Of a stretch of DNA of 64,000 bases, positions 29,498 through 39,968 are shown in pieces (the stretch's first letter is position 1; the number at the start of each line of letters is the position of its first letter). The DNA is from an uncultured Bdellovibrionales bacterium (GTDB lineage: Bacteria > Bdellovibrionota_C > UBA2361 > SZUA-149 > CAZDIO01), in the NCBI GenBank assembly GCA_964505555.1, contig CAZDIO010000117.1, forward strand, positions 1,044-65,043, given 5' to 3'. Under the pieces are notes generated by a model. It was not told the origin of the DNA, searched no databases, and worked only from the letters and a program-made list of their open reading frames with translations. The position numbers and the translations under genes are program-made.

Positions 29498-29941
29498 TTA
29501 TGTTCCTGAAAACATATCAGCAAGTGCTCGACACGCATCGGTGACGGTAAATATTCCTATAAGTTTATCGTTCTCTGCAACCAAAGCACTTCCTATCTGA
29601 TTATCTGCCATGTGACGCGCAACTTCTGCAACCGGAGTATTTCGAGATACAATATATGGATCACTTGTATAGGCGTCTTTGACAGTAAGATTCTCTGGGG
29701 ATTCTTTTAACTGAGCAAGAATAAAATTTATGTCTCGGTCGCTAATAACCCCGATAAGTTCTCCACCACTTTTTACTGGCAGATGACGAACGACGAGCTT
29801 CTCCATGAACTCTTTTGCGACAGCAAGAGATTGGTCTAAGCCTACGGTTTGTGGCGCAGGAGTCATGAGTTTTTCAATAACGATTATTTCTGCCATTTTC
29901 CGAAATTTTTTTCCTAGAGATTCTTCTGACTTGATTTTCAT
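29498..29941 (-). CDS. CBS-domain pair protein.
   Basis: The 147-aa product has two CBS motifs (...LPVKSGGELIGVISDRDI..., ...ALVAENDKLIGIFTVTD...). Confidence 0.7.
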   Translation of the reverse strand: MKIKSEESLGKKFRKMAEIIVIEKLMTPAPQTVGLDQSLAVAKEFMEKLVVRHLPVKSGGELIGVISDRDINFILAQLKESPENLTVKDAYTSDPYIVSRNTPVAEVARHMADNQIGSALVAENDKLIGIFTVTDACRALADMFSGT

Positions 29942-29943
29942 TG

Positions 29944-30309
29944 TTATTCTGGAGAATGAAGGGCGATCCGGTTTCCTTCGCTGTCGAGGATCACGGCTCG
30001 AAAGCCGTACTGTCCGATCTGGTGTTTTCGCTTAAGAACTTTTCCACCATTTTTTTCTACCGCGCTCAATGCGTCATCCATCCGCTCTTCTACATTTAGA
30101 TACACTAGTGGACCTTCTCGGCCTGGGGCTTCGTTGTCACTTGTAAAAAGACACGCGCCAACCTCCTCACTCCCATGTGGCAACATACCGATAGCCATTT
30201 CAGGAAACGATTCCTTCTTTACTTCCGCACCCAGCACTGCTGAATAAAATCGAATCGCGCGATCAAGGTCGACTACAGGAATGTCGCACCAAACAATTCG
30301 ATTTGCCAT
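29944..30309 (-). CDS. VOC-family (glyoxalase/bleomycin-resistance-fold) protein.
   Basis: The 121-aa product has the pattern MANRIVWCDIPVVDLDRAIRFY..VLG. Confidence 0.65.
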   Translation of the reverse strand: MANRIVWCDIPVVDLDRAIRFYSAVLGAEVKKESFPEMAIGMLPHGSEEVGACLFTSDNEAPGREGPLVYLNVEERMDDALSAVEKNGGKVLKRKHQIGQYGFRAVILDSEGNRIALHSPE

Positions 30310-30443
30310 CTTCTCTCACTCCAAAAATACCTACGAAAGAATCTTAATGTTCCTTACTATACATGGCTTTAAGCAAACACAGCAACCCACTACTAAAGGA
30401 TTGATTGTTGATGAAGAGGGCCCAAATTCTATATGTTTTAACT

Positions 30444-30618
30444 TAGACTTAGACTTAGACTTCACGTCTTTAAGCCTTCTCCTTAAACTAAACTTAGCCT
30501 TGCTCTTGCACTAAGTGGAATTTAGAGCAAGTGCAAGGCTAAGTTTAGGTTAAGGAGAGGTCTAAGTGAAAGTCTAAGATAGTGTATAAAAACTTTTAGG
30601 ATCTTAGACTTCACCGTG
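30444..30618. repeat. MITE-like composite repeat. It has tandem cttaga units (cttagacttagacttagacttcacg), an imperfect ~30-bp inverted repeat centred near 30515, mirrored units gtctaagtgaaagtctaag, and a further cttagacttcac copy.
   Basis: Read directly from the sequence. Arm 1 is ccttctccttaaactaaacttagccttgctcttgcac and arm 2 is gagcaagtgcaaggctaagtttaggttaaggagagg. It lies downstream of dapB. Confidence 0.55.
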
Positions 30619-31420
30619 AAAAGATATCTGCCATTTGGTACAAACCAGGAGGTTTTTTAACTAGCCAGGAAGCACCTTTCAGGGCCCCCTGTGCAAAGAC
30701 CCTTCGATTCGTTACCCGATGAGTAAGCTCCAGTCGTTCTCCATCCCCAATAAAATAGATCGTATGCTCGCCGGTCACGTCCCCACCCCGTACGGCTTGA
30801 ATACCGATCGCACGATCTTTTCGAAGGGCTTGATTTCCCTGACGAGACAACTCACTGACTTTTTCAAAGCTCTGACCTCTTGCGTTGGCGATCGCCGCTC
30901 CTAGAGAGATTGCAGTTCCACTTGGAGCATCTTTCTTTGCACGATGATGGATCTCTACTATTTCCACATCATACTTCTCATCCAGCATACTCGATGCTTG
31001 AACGGCAAGTGCGGTCATCACCGCAATCCCGATGCTGGTGTTTGCAGTTTTAATTACCGGGACTCGTTTTGAAAGCTCACGAAGGAGTGGTTCAAACTCT
31101 GGTCCTAGCCCTGTGGTTCCCACAAAAAGAGGGATCTGCGCTTTGGAGGCAACTTCAATGGCGTGCTTCGTCCCTAATGGAGAGGAGAAATCAATCATTA
31201 AATCTGCTTCCGAACATTGTGCTTCCCATGCTGTCGTAATCGGACGCTCCACTCCGGGAATTAACGTCCCCAAGCAGGGATTCCCCTCATCAACAATTCC
31301 TGAAAGGATCCGCACTTTCGATATCCCCTTCTCCTGAAAGGATCTGCTCTCTGTAATAATTGCCTGTCCCATCTTACCGGTGGCACCAACGAGACAAATG
31401 TTGAGAGAGCTCTGCATCAT
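30611..31420 (-). CDS. dapB: 4-hydroxy-tetrahydrodipicolinate reductase.
   Basis: The 269-aa product has the N-terminal Rossmann motif ICLVGATGKMGQ and a DapB C-terminal domain. Confidence 0.9.
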   Translation of the reverse strand: MMQSSLNICLVGATGKMGQAIITESRSFQEKGISKVRILSGIVDEGNPCLGTLIPGVERPITTAWEAQCSEADLMIDFSSPLGTKHAIEVASKAQIPLFVGTTGLGPEFEPLLRELSKRVPVIKTANTSIGIAVMTALAVQASSMLDEKYDVEIVEIHHRAKKDAPSGTAISLGAAIANARGQSFEKVSELSRQGNQALRKDRAIGIQAVRGGDVTGEHTIYFIGDGERLELTHRVTNRRVFAQGALKGASWLVKKPPGLYQMADIFSR

Positions 31421-31422
31421 CG

Positions 31423-32295
31423 TTACTGGAGTAATCCTTGAAGAGTTTTTCTTGTTTCTTCACCCACTGAAACAAGAGGAAGACGAAGTGAATCATTTGG
31501 AATACGACCAAGAATTTTTAACGCTGCCTTGGCTGGAGCTGGATTTGTTTCCTTAAAAAGAGCGCGCGTAATCGGCAAACACGCAAGTTGCGCTTTTAAA
31601 GCCTCCTGATGTGCACCTTTTTTCCAGCACTCGGTAATTGCCACCATTTCTTCAGGGATCACATTAGAGACAGCAGAGATTACTCCCTTTCCTCCAGCAG
31701 CGAGAATAAGATACGTAAGCGCATCCTCTCCTGAAAAGATCTCAAACTTATCACCTACTTTTTCTGCAAGCGCCATTAACTTATCTGCAGAGGCGCTCGA
31801 CTCTTTAATCGCAAAGATCTCTCGCACTCGTGAGAGTTTCTCAAAGGTTTCAATAGAGATGTCTACTGAGGTTCGTCCTGGGATATTATAAACAACGATC
31901 GGCATCCCCCCCTCTTTGGCAACGGCGGAGAAGTGTTGGAAAAGTCCCTCTTGAGTTGGCTTATTATAGTAAGGAGAAACTACCAGCACCGCATCAGCGC
32001 CGAGCTCTTTTGCTGATCGAGTATATTCAATAGTTGTTTTAGTGCAATTAGTTCCGGTACCAACAACAATGGGCACTCTCTTGTTAACAAAGGAAACCAC
32101 CTGCTTTACAAGCGCGATTCGCTCAGTAGCATTAAGCGTTGCTGACTCTCCCGTTGTTCCTGCAACAACAAATCCTCTGATACCTTTCTCAATCTGCCAA
32201 TGAATGAGCCCCTCTAAAGCTTCATAATCAATCTCTGCCTGGGTGCCCTTAAATGGCGTAATCAATGCTGTAATTACCCCCTCTAAGATACTCAT
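31423..32295 (-). CDS. dapA: 4-hydroxy-tetrahydrodipicolinate synthase.
   Basis: The 290-aa product has ...ITPF....ID...L......Q...G..G.VV.GTTGE..TL.... Confidence 0.9.
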   Translation of the reverse strand: MSILEGVITALITPFKGTQAEIDYEALEGLIHWQIEKGIRGFVVAGTTGESATLNATERIALVKQVVSFVNKRVPIVVGTGTNCTKTTIEYTRSAKELGADAVLVVSPYYNKPTQEGLFQHFSAVAKEGGMPIVVYNIPGRTSVDISIETFEKLSRVREIFAIKESSASADKLMALAEKVGDKFEIFSGEDALTYLILAAGGKGVISAVSNVIPEEMVAITECWKKGAHQEALKAQLACLPITRALFKETNPAPAKAALKILGRIPNDSLRLPLVSVGEETRKTLQGLLQ

Positions 32296-32338
32296 GTTCT
32301 CCTTACAATCTTTAATAAATTGCTATGCTAACAAATTT

Positions 32339-33214
32339 CTAATGGCGAAATAAATTACTAAGCCTCACCTCACCGGTATACACTGTTTCAGCCGGTCCGA
32401 TGAGTGATACCTTATCAGACTTTTCATCCCAGAGCACCTTCAGCTCCCCACCTCTCGTCGTAAGCACTACCTCTCGCTTTGAGCGTCCTGCACAAACCGA
32501 GGCAACGACAACCGCACATGCTCCCGTACCACAAGAAAGGGTCTCCCCTACCCCACGTTCCCACACTCGCATTTTCAAATGATCCGAATCGATAACTTGC
32601 ACAAACTCAACATTTGTCCGCTCTGGAAAAAAAGCGTGCGTTTCAAGTTCTCCTCCCAAAGCTTGAACATTGACCTGCTCAAGATCAGCAACAAAGAGCA
32701 CGCAATGAGGGTTTCCCATCCCGAGCGCATAGATGGTTTGCGTCTCTCCCAAGACCGAAAGGGGAACGCCCAGATGTTTCCCTGGTTTTGCTGTGGGGAT
32801 CTGCTTTCCTTCAAAAAGAGGGGTTCCAACCTCAACTTTTACTAGATCTCCTGAGCCATAGACATGGACCCGAACAACTCCAGCACTGGTCTCAATTTCA
32901 AACTCTCTCTGCTCAGGGCCAACAAGACCACCCTGATAAATAAACCGAGCAAGACATCGAAGACCGTTGCCACACGTCGTTTCTGAACCATCACGGTTAA
33001 AATAGGTCATCAAGAATTCTGCGCGCATCGAGGGTCGTAAGAAGATCACCCCATCAGCACCGATACCAAAATGTCTGTCTGTCGCATGAAGAGCAAACGA
33101 ACGGAGATCAAAGGAGAATCGATGACGAGCATCGATCACAACAAAATCATTTCCTGTCGCTTGCATCTTAACAAACGAGACACTTTTCTCAGTTATGTTT
33201 TCAGCATGCGTCAT
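32339..33214 (-). CDS. dapF: Diaminopimelate epimerase.
   Basis: The 291-aa product has FVKMQATGNDFVVID and both catalytic Cys contexts. Confidence 0.9.
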   Translation of the reverse strand: MTHAENITEKSVSFVKMQATGNDFVVIDARHRFSFDLRSFALHATDRHFGIGADGVIFLRPSMRAEFLMTYFNRDGSETTCGNGLRCLARFIYQGGLVGPEQREFEIETSAGVVRVHVYGSGDLVKVEVGTPLFEGKQIPTAKPGKHLGVPLSVLGETQTIYALGMGNPHCVLFVADLEQVNVQALGGELETHAFFPERTNVEFVQVIDSDHLKMRVWERGVGETLSCGTGACAVVVASVCAGRSKREVVLTTRGGELKVLWDEKSDKVSLIGPAETVYTGEVRLSNLFRH

Positions 33215-33255
33215 AGCACCTTCACTTCTGTTATGGGCATTCCCTTAAGCGCTTT

Positions 33256-34560
33256 TTAGAAGTTGTTTTTCCGTAGTAGCTCCACCTCATCGTGAAAAAG
33301 AACGGAGAGATCTTCTCGTGATCGAATAAGCCAACTCTCTGCCCCACGAACAAGTACTTCCGCAGGATTTCCACGAGAGTTGTAGTGAGACGCCATGGAA
33401 AACCCGTACGCTCCGGTATCACAAATCGCAAGAAACTCTCCTGCTTTGATCTCAGGAAGTTTCCTTCTTTCTGCAAAAGTATCGCTGCTTTCACAAATGG
33501 GCCCTACAATATCCACTTCGTAATCTTTTCCTCCTACGCCCTCGCCACTGACCTTTTTTATATCATGATCGGCATGATAGAAAGCGGTTCTTATAAAATC
33601 ATTAAATCCCGCATCAACGATAACAAAGGTTTTTTGAGAGTGCTTCTTTGTATAAAGGACCTTTGTAAGAAGTACTCCAGCATGGGCAAAAATATATCGC
33701 CCAGGCTCGAAGATGAGCATTACTCCGCGCGGTCCAGTAAGAAGCTCTTGAAACATCTCTTTAACAAGTGCACCATACTCCTCCACTTCGGGAACAACCT
33801 CTCCTGAGTAAGAGACGGCTAAACCACCGCCAAGATCAAGAACGGAAAGGCTAGGAAGAAAGCTCTGGAGTTGAGAAACCACCTCCTTGATCTCTGCAAA
33901 TGCCTCTTTTAATACTGATAAGTCTGTCAACATTGATCCGATATGACAACCAACCCCTTCAAACGAGAGATGAGAAAATTCTTGGTGCCGACGATACAAT
34001 GAGAGTGCCTGCTCTACAGGAAGTCCAAACTTATGAGTATGAAGTCCCGTACTAATATGGGGATGAGTTTTTCCATCGACGTTGGGATTCATGCGAAGGC
34101 TTACCCGCACGGAAGCTCTCCCAGAGCTTTTCGCCAACTCATTAATACGAAAAAGTTCAGCTTCCGATTCCACTTGAAACATGAATATTCCTAAAGAGAT
34201 TGCAGAAAGAATCTCCTCATCAGTTTTTCCAACACCTGAAAAGACAACTTTGCTCATCTCGCCTCCGGCTTGAACCACCCGACCCAACTCCCCACCAGAG
34301 ACAACATCAAAACCACTCCCCTCTTTCGCAAGAAGCGAAAGGAGTGAGAGATTACTATTGGCCTTGACAGAGACGCAGATTAGTGAGCGGCAATCTACAA
34401 ATGTTTGTTGAAATCTCCGCAGCGCCCCGAGAAGTGAAGCTTCACTATAGACATAGAGTGGGGTTTTCCATTGTGCAGCAAGAGCAGAAAGCGCTACTTG
34501 CTCACAATGTAACTCTTTTTGTGGCCCGAAACGAGAAAAGTGTGGATTTTGTCCATTCAC
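33256..34560 (-). CDS. lysA: Diaminopimelate decarboxylase.
   Basis: The 434-aa product has the Orn/DAP/Arg decarboxylase family-2 pattern (...SVKANSN..., ...HIGS..., ...DLGGG...). Confidence 0.9.
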   Translation of the reverse strand: MNGQNPHFSRFGPQKELHCEQVALSALAAQWKTPLYVYSEASLLGALRRFQQTFVDCRSLICVSVKANSNLSLLSLLAKEGSGFDVVSGGELGRVVQAGGEMSKVVFSGVGKTDEEILSAISLGIFMFQVESEAELFRINELAKSSGRASVRVSLRMNPNVDGKTHPHISTGLHTHKFGLPVEQALSLYRRHQEFSHLSFEGVGCHIGSMLTDLSVLKEAFAEIKEVVSQLQSFLPSLSVLDLGGGLAVSYSGEVVPEVEEYGALVKEMFQELLTGPRGVMLIFEPGRYIFAHAGVLLTKVLYTKKHSQKTFVIVDAGFNDFIRTAFYHADHDIKKVSGEGVGGKDYEVDIVGPICESSDTFAERRKLPEIKAGEFLAICDTGAYGFSMASHYNSRGNPAEVLVRGAESWLIRSREDLSVLFHDEVELLRKNNF

Positions 34561-35039
34561 GTTGGAAGCTGAAGCGTTTCAATGACGCTTGTCTCTCCGA
34601 TAAATGTTACCCGTATCAAGGTTGAGGAAACTCCCTCCACCCGACTTTCATTGATGGGCACAACAATATATTCATATCGTTTCCCCGGCTGAACTTCCTC
34701 GTCACGATATGCAAATTTGGTCATCTTTGGCTCGGCTGCTTTGGGATCGTCTTTTTTGAACTGGGGGAGCATCACGCGCTTTAATAATTCAAAACTTACC
34801 TCTTCATCTTTTTCTAACTCTCGTCGTTTTACCGCAAAACCAGCAAGATCAATAAGGGGATCTCCTTTTGCGTTTGTGGTTGGCGCTTCCCAACGAAGAA
34901 CAATCGCATCAACTTCGCTAACCACGGTGAGAAATTGAACTGAACTTGGTGCTGTTTCTTCTGGCGGACGTGGGTTCTCTTTTCGACCGCATGAAAATAA
35001 AAAGACACTTGCTAAAGCGAAGAGAAGAATCTGACGCAT
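34557..35039 (-). CDS. Hypothetical lipoprotein. Signal peptide plus lipobox (LFSC|G).
   Basis: The track ORF 34557-35300 overlaps hslU by about 160 nt. The internal ATG at 35039 (MRQILLFALASVFLFSCG) gives a lipoprotein signal. It overlaps the lysA start by 4 nt, so it is probably the first gene of the lys operon transcript. Confidence 0.5.
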   Translation of the reverse strand: MRQILLFALASVFLFSCGRKENPRPPEETAPSSVQFLTVVSEVDAIVLRWEAPTTNAKGDPLIDLAGFAVKRRELEKDEEVSFELLKRVMLPQFKKDDPKAAEPKMTKFAYRDEEVQPGKRYEYIVVPINESRVEGVSSTLIRVTFIGETSVIETLQLPT

Positions 35040-35136
35040 TGATGGAGCCCTCAAGCTAATCTTTCTGTTGCTGCAATCCGAAGGGCCCGGCAACAACAGA
35101 GAAGGCGTTAATAAATTTACAGCTATGGAGTAGAAA

Positions 35137-36522
35137 CTACAGTATAAACCTAGACAGATCAACATCTTCAACGATGTTTTGCAGTCGGTTCCTGACATAA
35201 GCACGATCAATAGTAATTGTCTGACCAGCGTAGTTTGGCGCAAGAAAGGAGACCTCCTCAAGAAGCTTCTCAAGAAGGGTATGGAGCCTTCGTGCCCCAA
35301 TGTTTTCAGTTTTTGCGTTTACTTCAGCGGTAAGTCGGGCGATCTCCTCGATTCCATCCTGTTTAAAATCTAAGGTAACCTCTTCAGTTTTTAGTAACGC
35401 TTGATACTGTTTCGTCAGTGCATTTTGTGGTTCGCTTAAAATTCTTACAAAATGCTCCGCTGTCAGGCTTTTTAGCTCAACTCGGATCGGAAAACGTCCC
35501 TGAAACTCTGGCATCAAATCTGAGGGCTTACTGATGTGAAACGCTCCAGAGGCAATAAATAAAATGTGATCTGTTTTTACAGTCCCATATTTCGTAGACA
35601 CCGTACTTCCTTCCACAAGCGGAAGAAGATCTCTCTGCACCCCCTCACGGGAGACATCAGGACCACGCGAGGAATCTTTGCCACAGATCTTATCTATTTC
35701 GTCAATAAAGACTATTCCTAATTGCTCAGCTCTTCGAATCGCAAGTCGAGTCACTGATTCATGGTCAAGTAAGTTTTCTTGCGCTTCCTGGATGAGAATT
35801 GGGCGAGCATCTTTTACTGAAAGTTTTCGCCGTTCGCGTTGTTTCGGAAGCATGTTTGAAAACATCTCTTTGAGCTGACCCTCCACTTCACCCATCCCCG
35901 GAGGGCCTAAGATCTCTAAGTGCGTGCTCATTTGCTTTGTCGTTTCGATTTCAACACTTCGCTCTTCTAGCTTCCCTTCTTGGAGCATCTTTCGTAGTTT
36001 CTCTCGAGTGCCTGTCTGAGTCTCTCGATCGTCACTAAGCGCACTCTCAGAAGGGGAGTCGGGAAGGAGAAAATCAAGAAGTTGTTCCTCTGCTAGATTT
36101 TTTGCTCGTTCATAGACTTTTTCACGCTCTTCTCGTTTTACAAGATTCACAGAAACCTCAATCAGATCTCGAATAATAGATTCCACGTCTCGACCTACGT
36201 ACCCGATCTCTGTAAACTTTGAAGCCTCTACCTTAATAAAAGGGGCTCCGGAGAGCTTTGCAAGTCGTCTCGATATCTCCGTCTTTCCAACCCCTGTTGG
36301 CCCAATCATAATGATATTTTTCGGTGTGATCTCTTCACGGATCTCATTTGGAACTTGAAGCCTTCGCCAACGATTGCGAAGTGCGATCGCGACAGCTCGT
36401 TTTGCCTCGTCTTGAGAGATTACATAACGATCAAGCTCCTGCACAACTTCTGTGGGAGTAAGTGCCTGAAGAAAAAGTATCTCATGATCGGGAGTTTCTT
36501 GTTTGTTGAGATTAGATTCCAC
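35137..36522 (-). CDS. hslU: ATP-dependent protease ATPase subunit HslU.
   Basis: The 461-aa product has the Walker A motif [10 protein letters not shown] and the HslU I-domain. Confidence 0.95.
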   Translation of the reverse strand: MESNLNKQETPDHEILFLQALTPTEVVQELDRYVISQDEAKRAVAIALRNRWRRLQVPNEIREEITPKNIIMIGPTGVGKTEISRRLAKLSGAPFIKVEASKFTEIGYVGRDVESIIRDLIEVSVNLVKREEREKVYERAKNLAEEQLLDFLLPDSPSESALSDDRETQTGTREKLRKMLQEGKLEERSVEIETTKQMSTHLEILGPPGMGEVEGQLKEMFSNMLPKQRERRKLSVKDARPILIQEAQENLLDHESVTRLAIRRAEQLGIVFIDEIDKICGKDSSRGPDVSREGVQRDLLPLVEGSTVSTKYGTVKTDHILFIASGAFHISKPSDLMPEFQGRFPIRVELKSLTAEHFVRILSEPQNALTKQYQALLKTEEVTLDFKQDGIEEIARLTAEVNAKTENIGARRLHTLLEKLLEEVSFLAPNYAGQTITIDRAYVRNRLQNIVEDVDLSRFIL

Positions 36523-37106
36523 TACTTTTCACCTTTAATCTCTTCGATATGAAAGCGGTTATTCGTAAAGGGGCATATTTCGGAGGCAATCGTCATGGAG
36601 ATCTCCGCAATCTCTCGAGCAGATATTGAAGCTCTCCCACCACGAAGGAGAGCACGCGCTGCCGAGAGCGCGAAACTTCCACCAGAACCTATTGCCAGCA
36701 CCCCATCATCTGGCTGAATCACATCTCCCACTCCGGAGAGTAGGTAGAGCGAGGAGGAATCTCCAACGACCATCATCGCTTCGAGTTTTCTTAAATACCG
36801 ATCCGTTCGCCAGTCCTTGGCAAGCTCCACCGCAGCTCGAGCTAACTGCCCCCCATGAGCTCCTAGCTTTGCTTCAAAACGCTCAAAAAGTGTAAAAGAA
36901 TCTGCAGCGGATCCCGCAAAACCAGCAAGGATCTTCCCCTCAAGAAGGCGTCGAACCTTGACTGCACCGTGTTTCATAATCGTATTATTCACCGTGACCT
37001 GGCCATCTCCCATAAACACCACATCACCTTGGTGGCGAATTGCAAGTATCGTTGTTGAGTGCATCGTTGTTGGGTGCATAGCGCGCATCTTAATGTTAAA
37101 AAGCAA
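36522..37106 (-). CDS. hslV: ATP-dependent protease subunit HslV. The exact start is uncertain. The catalytic Thr lies in ...[11 protein letters not shown]....
   Basis: The product is near-colinear with HslV (GDGQVT..., ...GSGG..., ...[17 protein letters not shown]...). Confidence 0.88.
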   Translation of the reverse strand: MLFNIKMRAMHPTTMHSTTILAIRHQGDVVFMGDGQVTVNNTIMKHGAVKVRRLLEGKILAGFAGSAADSFTLFERFEAKLGAHGGQLARAAVELAKDWRTDRYLRKLEAMMVVGDSSSLYLLSGVGDVIQPDDGVLAIGSGGSFALSAARALLRGGRASISAREIAEISMTIASEICPFTNNRFHIEEIKGEK

Positions 37107-37234
37107 TTTTTTCGGTTAAAAACTGTATGCAACAGACCAAAAAACGACGAGTGAAGAAATTCCCTATATTTCTCGTCTTAATTTTGGTTGTTTACTATAA
37201 ACTTCTTTAGTTCGACGAGCAAAGATACTACGCC

Positions 37235-38593
37235 ATGCTTCAAAGAAAAGAAAACGCAACTGCAGTGAAAAAAGAAAATCTCGAAAGCCTTTTTGAAAGT
37301 AGACGAAAAAGTCTTATAAAAAAACTAAAGAGTGAAGCTCTACTCATCGCCGCAGCCCCCGTCGTTCGGCGTCCTCCCGATTTGGAACATTCCTACTTTC
37401 AAGATGCAAACTTTTTTTACCTCACCGGATTTGAAGAACCAGAGAGCTTACTGCTCCTTTTAGGAAGCTCTTCTGGCCCACGAAGCGTTTTATTTGTCCG
37501 CGATCGCGAACCAACGTCGGAGCGATGGCTTGGTGAACGGCTTGGTGTAAAACGAGCAAAAAAGAAGTTTCGCGTGGATGAAGTTCGAGACATTAAGGAA
37601 TACGAAACAGCTCTTCCAAAACTCCTCAGTCAGAGTCGTATTCTCCACTATGCTCCCGGAACTCACTCTGATGTTGATCAGTTTATCTGGAAACTCTTTT
37701 CAAGCTCAGGACCACGCACGAGTTTTCCACATACGCTCAAAGATGCCCGACTTTTATTAAGCGAACTCCGTTTTATCAAGGATCGTTATGAAATTCGAGC
37801 GTTGAAACATGTTGTAGACATTACGGCAAATGCGTTTCTTGAAGTTGCTCCCCGGCTCAAGCATATCTCCAGTGAAGCTCATGCTGCACGGGTGATAGAG
37901 GAATGTTTTTCGCAATTTGGTGCAAGTGGCCCATCTTTTCCGACGATCGTTGCTTCAGGAAAAAACGCAACCTGCCTGCATCACACTCCACGGCTCCAAC
38001 CACTATGGAAGCGAGAATTGGTGCTCATTGATGCTGGTGCACTCTTTCGGGGATACGCCGCTGACATGACGCGAGTATTTCCAGTTTCAGGAAAATTTTC
38101 AAAGGCTCAGGGAGATATCTATCAGATTGTCTATGGCGCACTCCAAGCAGCAATTTCAAAAGCAAAACCAGAGAGCACCCTGGAAGTTCTCCATCAAGCG
38201 GCAGTAAAAGAGCTCACCCAGGGTTTGCTCTCATTAAAAGCCCTCAAGGGCGGCGATCTTGCTCACCATATAAGCTCAGGTCACTACAAAAAGTTTTACA
38301 TGCATCGTACCGGACATTTTCTTGGGCTGGATGTACACGACATCCCACCCAATTATCACGAAGAGACAGATTCTGTTTTGTCTCATTATGAACGACCCCT
38401 TGTCCCTGGGGCTGTAATTACCATTGAGCCCGGACTCTACTTTGATGTAAAAGATGAAAAGATCCCCAAACATCTTCGTGGAATCGGTATTCGTCTTGAA
38501 GAAGATATCTTGATAACCAATAATGGTTGCGAAGTGCTTTCGCGAAAAATGCCGATTACAAAAGATGATATTGAACACTTAATGGCCAGCTAA
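37235..38593 (+). CDS. pepP: Xaa-Pro aminopeptidase (M24B family).
   Basis: The 452-aa product has HRTGHFLGLDVHD and the metal-ligand pattern of the M24 pita-bread fold. Confidence 0.85.
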   Translation: MLQRKENATAVKKENLESLFESRRKSLIKKLKSEALLIAAAPVVRRPPDLEHSYFQDANFFYLTGFEEPESLLLLLGSSSGPRSVLFVRDREPTSERWLGERLGVKRAKKKFRVDEVRDIKEYETALPKLLSQSRILHYAPGTHSDVDQFIWKLFSSSGPRTSFPHTLKDARLLLSELRFIKDRYEIRALKHVVDITANAFLEVAPRLKHISSEAHAARVIEECFSQFGASGPSFPTIVASGKNATCLHHTPRLQPLWKRELVLIDAGALFRGYAADMTRVFPVSGKFSKAQGDIYQIVYGALQAAISKAKPESTLEVLHQAAVKELTQGLLSLKALKGGDLAHHISSGHYKKFYMHRTGHFLGLDVHDIPPNYHEETDSVLSHYERPLVPGAVITIEPGLYFDVKDEKIPKHLRGIGIRLEEDILITNNGCEVLSRKMPITKDDIEHLMAS

Positions 38594-38624
38594 ACGTTGA
38601 CAGGCAAGGAAAAGGAATAAGAAT

Positions 38625-39314
38625 ATGAACCGAATCATCTTCGTTGGTATCTTATTGATCCTCTCTCCACAGGCGCTGGCAGAAATTCCCTCCCCCCTCA
38701 GCACTCCTTCTCAAGAAATCGAAGTCTCTGCTGATGCCTGGGCGTGGACCCCTCCCGATCATGTTCGTGTTACAGTTTTAGTTGAGGCAAGTGGCAAAAC
38801 CTCGGTCGAGGCATTAAAAGTCCTCCAAGGAAAAGCTGGAACGATTACTGCCGCCATAAAACAGGTCATTGGCGAAGAGGGAAATATCAACTCTCGTGGA
38901 GATGAGATTACACCCACCGGTCAATCAAAGCTTGATACGACAGCAGAAGTGCAGATGAAACGCTACATCGGGATAGAAACCAAAGCCCTTGAAAAATCCA
39001 GCGCGATTATTGATGCGGCGCTAAAAGCAGGTGCCCGATCAATTACGGATGTTGACTACGCCGTCAGGGATGATCATCAAAACCGACTCCATGCCATTGA
39101 AGAAGCAACTCAACGAGCAAAAAACAAAGCCGAAGCGCTTGCGAAATCTCTCGGCATTACCCTCGGCAGCGTGCTCTCCGCAACCGTTACTGAAGAGAGT
39201 GATGGGAGAACTCTCCGCGACAAACGTATCCGCGGCGAAGACGTTGCCGCAAATTACCGCGATACCGATTCTCATATTTTTGTATCGCTTCGATTTGGGA
39301 TTTTAAAGAATTAA
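38625..39314 (+). CDS. SIMPL/DUF541-family secreted protein.
   Basis: The 229-aa product has a signal peptide and the pattern ...RYIGIETKALEK...AIEEATQRAKNKAEALAKSLGITLGSV.... Confidence 0.65.
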   Translation: MNRIIFVGILLILSPQALAEIPSPLSTPSQEIEVSADAWAWTPPDHVRVTVLVEASGKTSVEALKVLQGKAGTITAAIKQVIGEEGNINSRGDEITPTGQSKLDTTAEVQMKRYIGIETKALEKSSAIIDAALKAGARSITDVDYAVRDDHQNRLHAIEEATQRAKNKAEALAKSLGITLGSVLSATVTEESDGRTLRDKRIRGEDVAANYRDTDSHIFVSLRFGILKN

Positions 39315-39473
39315 AGAGAGCTTTCTTTCTTCTCTCCCAGCCGATAGTCGAATCTGTTTACCGCTGCTACTTCTTCCCTGACGATAATGATCAGAATTTG
39401 AGAAGTTATTGAAACAAGACGCGGGGCCTTCCGAGAATAATCGGCAAGCCCTGTTTTATTGAAATATTCACTA

Positions 39474-39671
39474 TTAACAAATTATATCTATTGCAACGCA
39501 AACTGTTCCATGAGTTTTGAAGTTGCAGCATCGCCACGCAGCACTATCAATAACAACGGTGCTACAATTACTTGCTTCAGCATTTACAGGAAATACAAGC
39601 ACGGGAAGCACAAGAACGAAAACAAGCATCAATGAAAGAAGAGAAAAATATATTTCTTTTAACAAAATCAT
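39474..39671 (-). CDS. Small secreted cysteine-rich peptide. Cleavage after VNA would give a ~34-aa mature peptide with 5 Cys.
   Basis: An ATG start is preceded by TAAGGAG with a spacing of about 9 nt, on the minus strand. The signal peptide is MILLKEIYFSLLSLMLVFVLVLPVLVFPVNA. The mature peptide is EASNCSTVVIDSAAWRCCNFKTHGTVCVAIDIIC. Confidence 0.45.
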   Translation of the reverse strand: MILLKEIYFSLLSLMLVFVLVLPVLVFPVNAEASNCSTVVIDSAAWRCCNFKTHGTVCVAIDIIC

Positions 39672-39968
39672 TTCAAAAACTCCTTATCGAAAAACCTCTA
39701 CAACCTAACCGAGTCAACCACCCAATTGATATCGTTTATGGTCTATTATGAAGGACTTGAGAAAAAGTGTTTCCTTTCGCCCTAAGCCGCTTCACTCGTT
39801 AAACGGATAATTAAACCGCTCAGAACGATTTTTTGCGCTGATTATTCCATAAGATTTCCAAGACAATCTTTTTTCCCGTTACCTAAGCGCTCCAAAGCTG
39901 TTTTCTCTTGTGGTACGAAAATTGCAGCCCCTTCATTCGGGATCTCTCTTCACAGGTGCGATATAATT

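Noticed and set aside
30444-30470. Short tandem cttaga x3 considered as a possible CRISPR or minisatellite.
   Set aside because: It has only 3 units of 6 bp and no spacer-repeat periodicity. It is part of a larger palindromic element instead.
36522-37106. HslV start codon choice.
   Set aside because: The track start gives 14 extra N-terminal residues. The true start, which must expose the catalytic Thr, cannot be fixed from sequence alone. The gene call is kept with the uncertainty noted.
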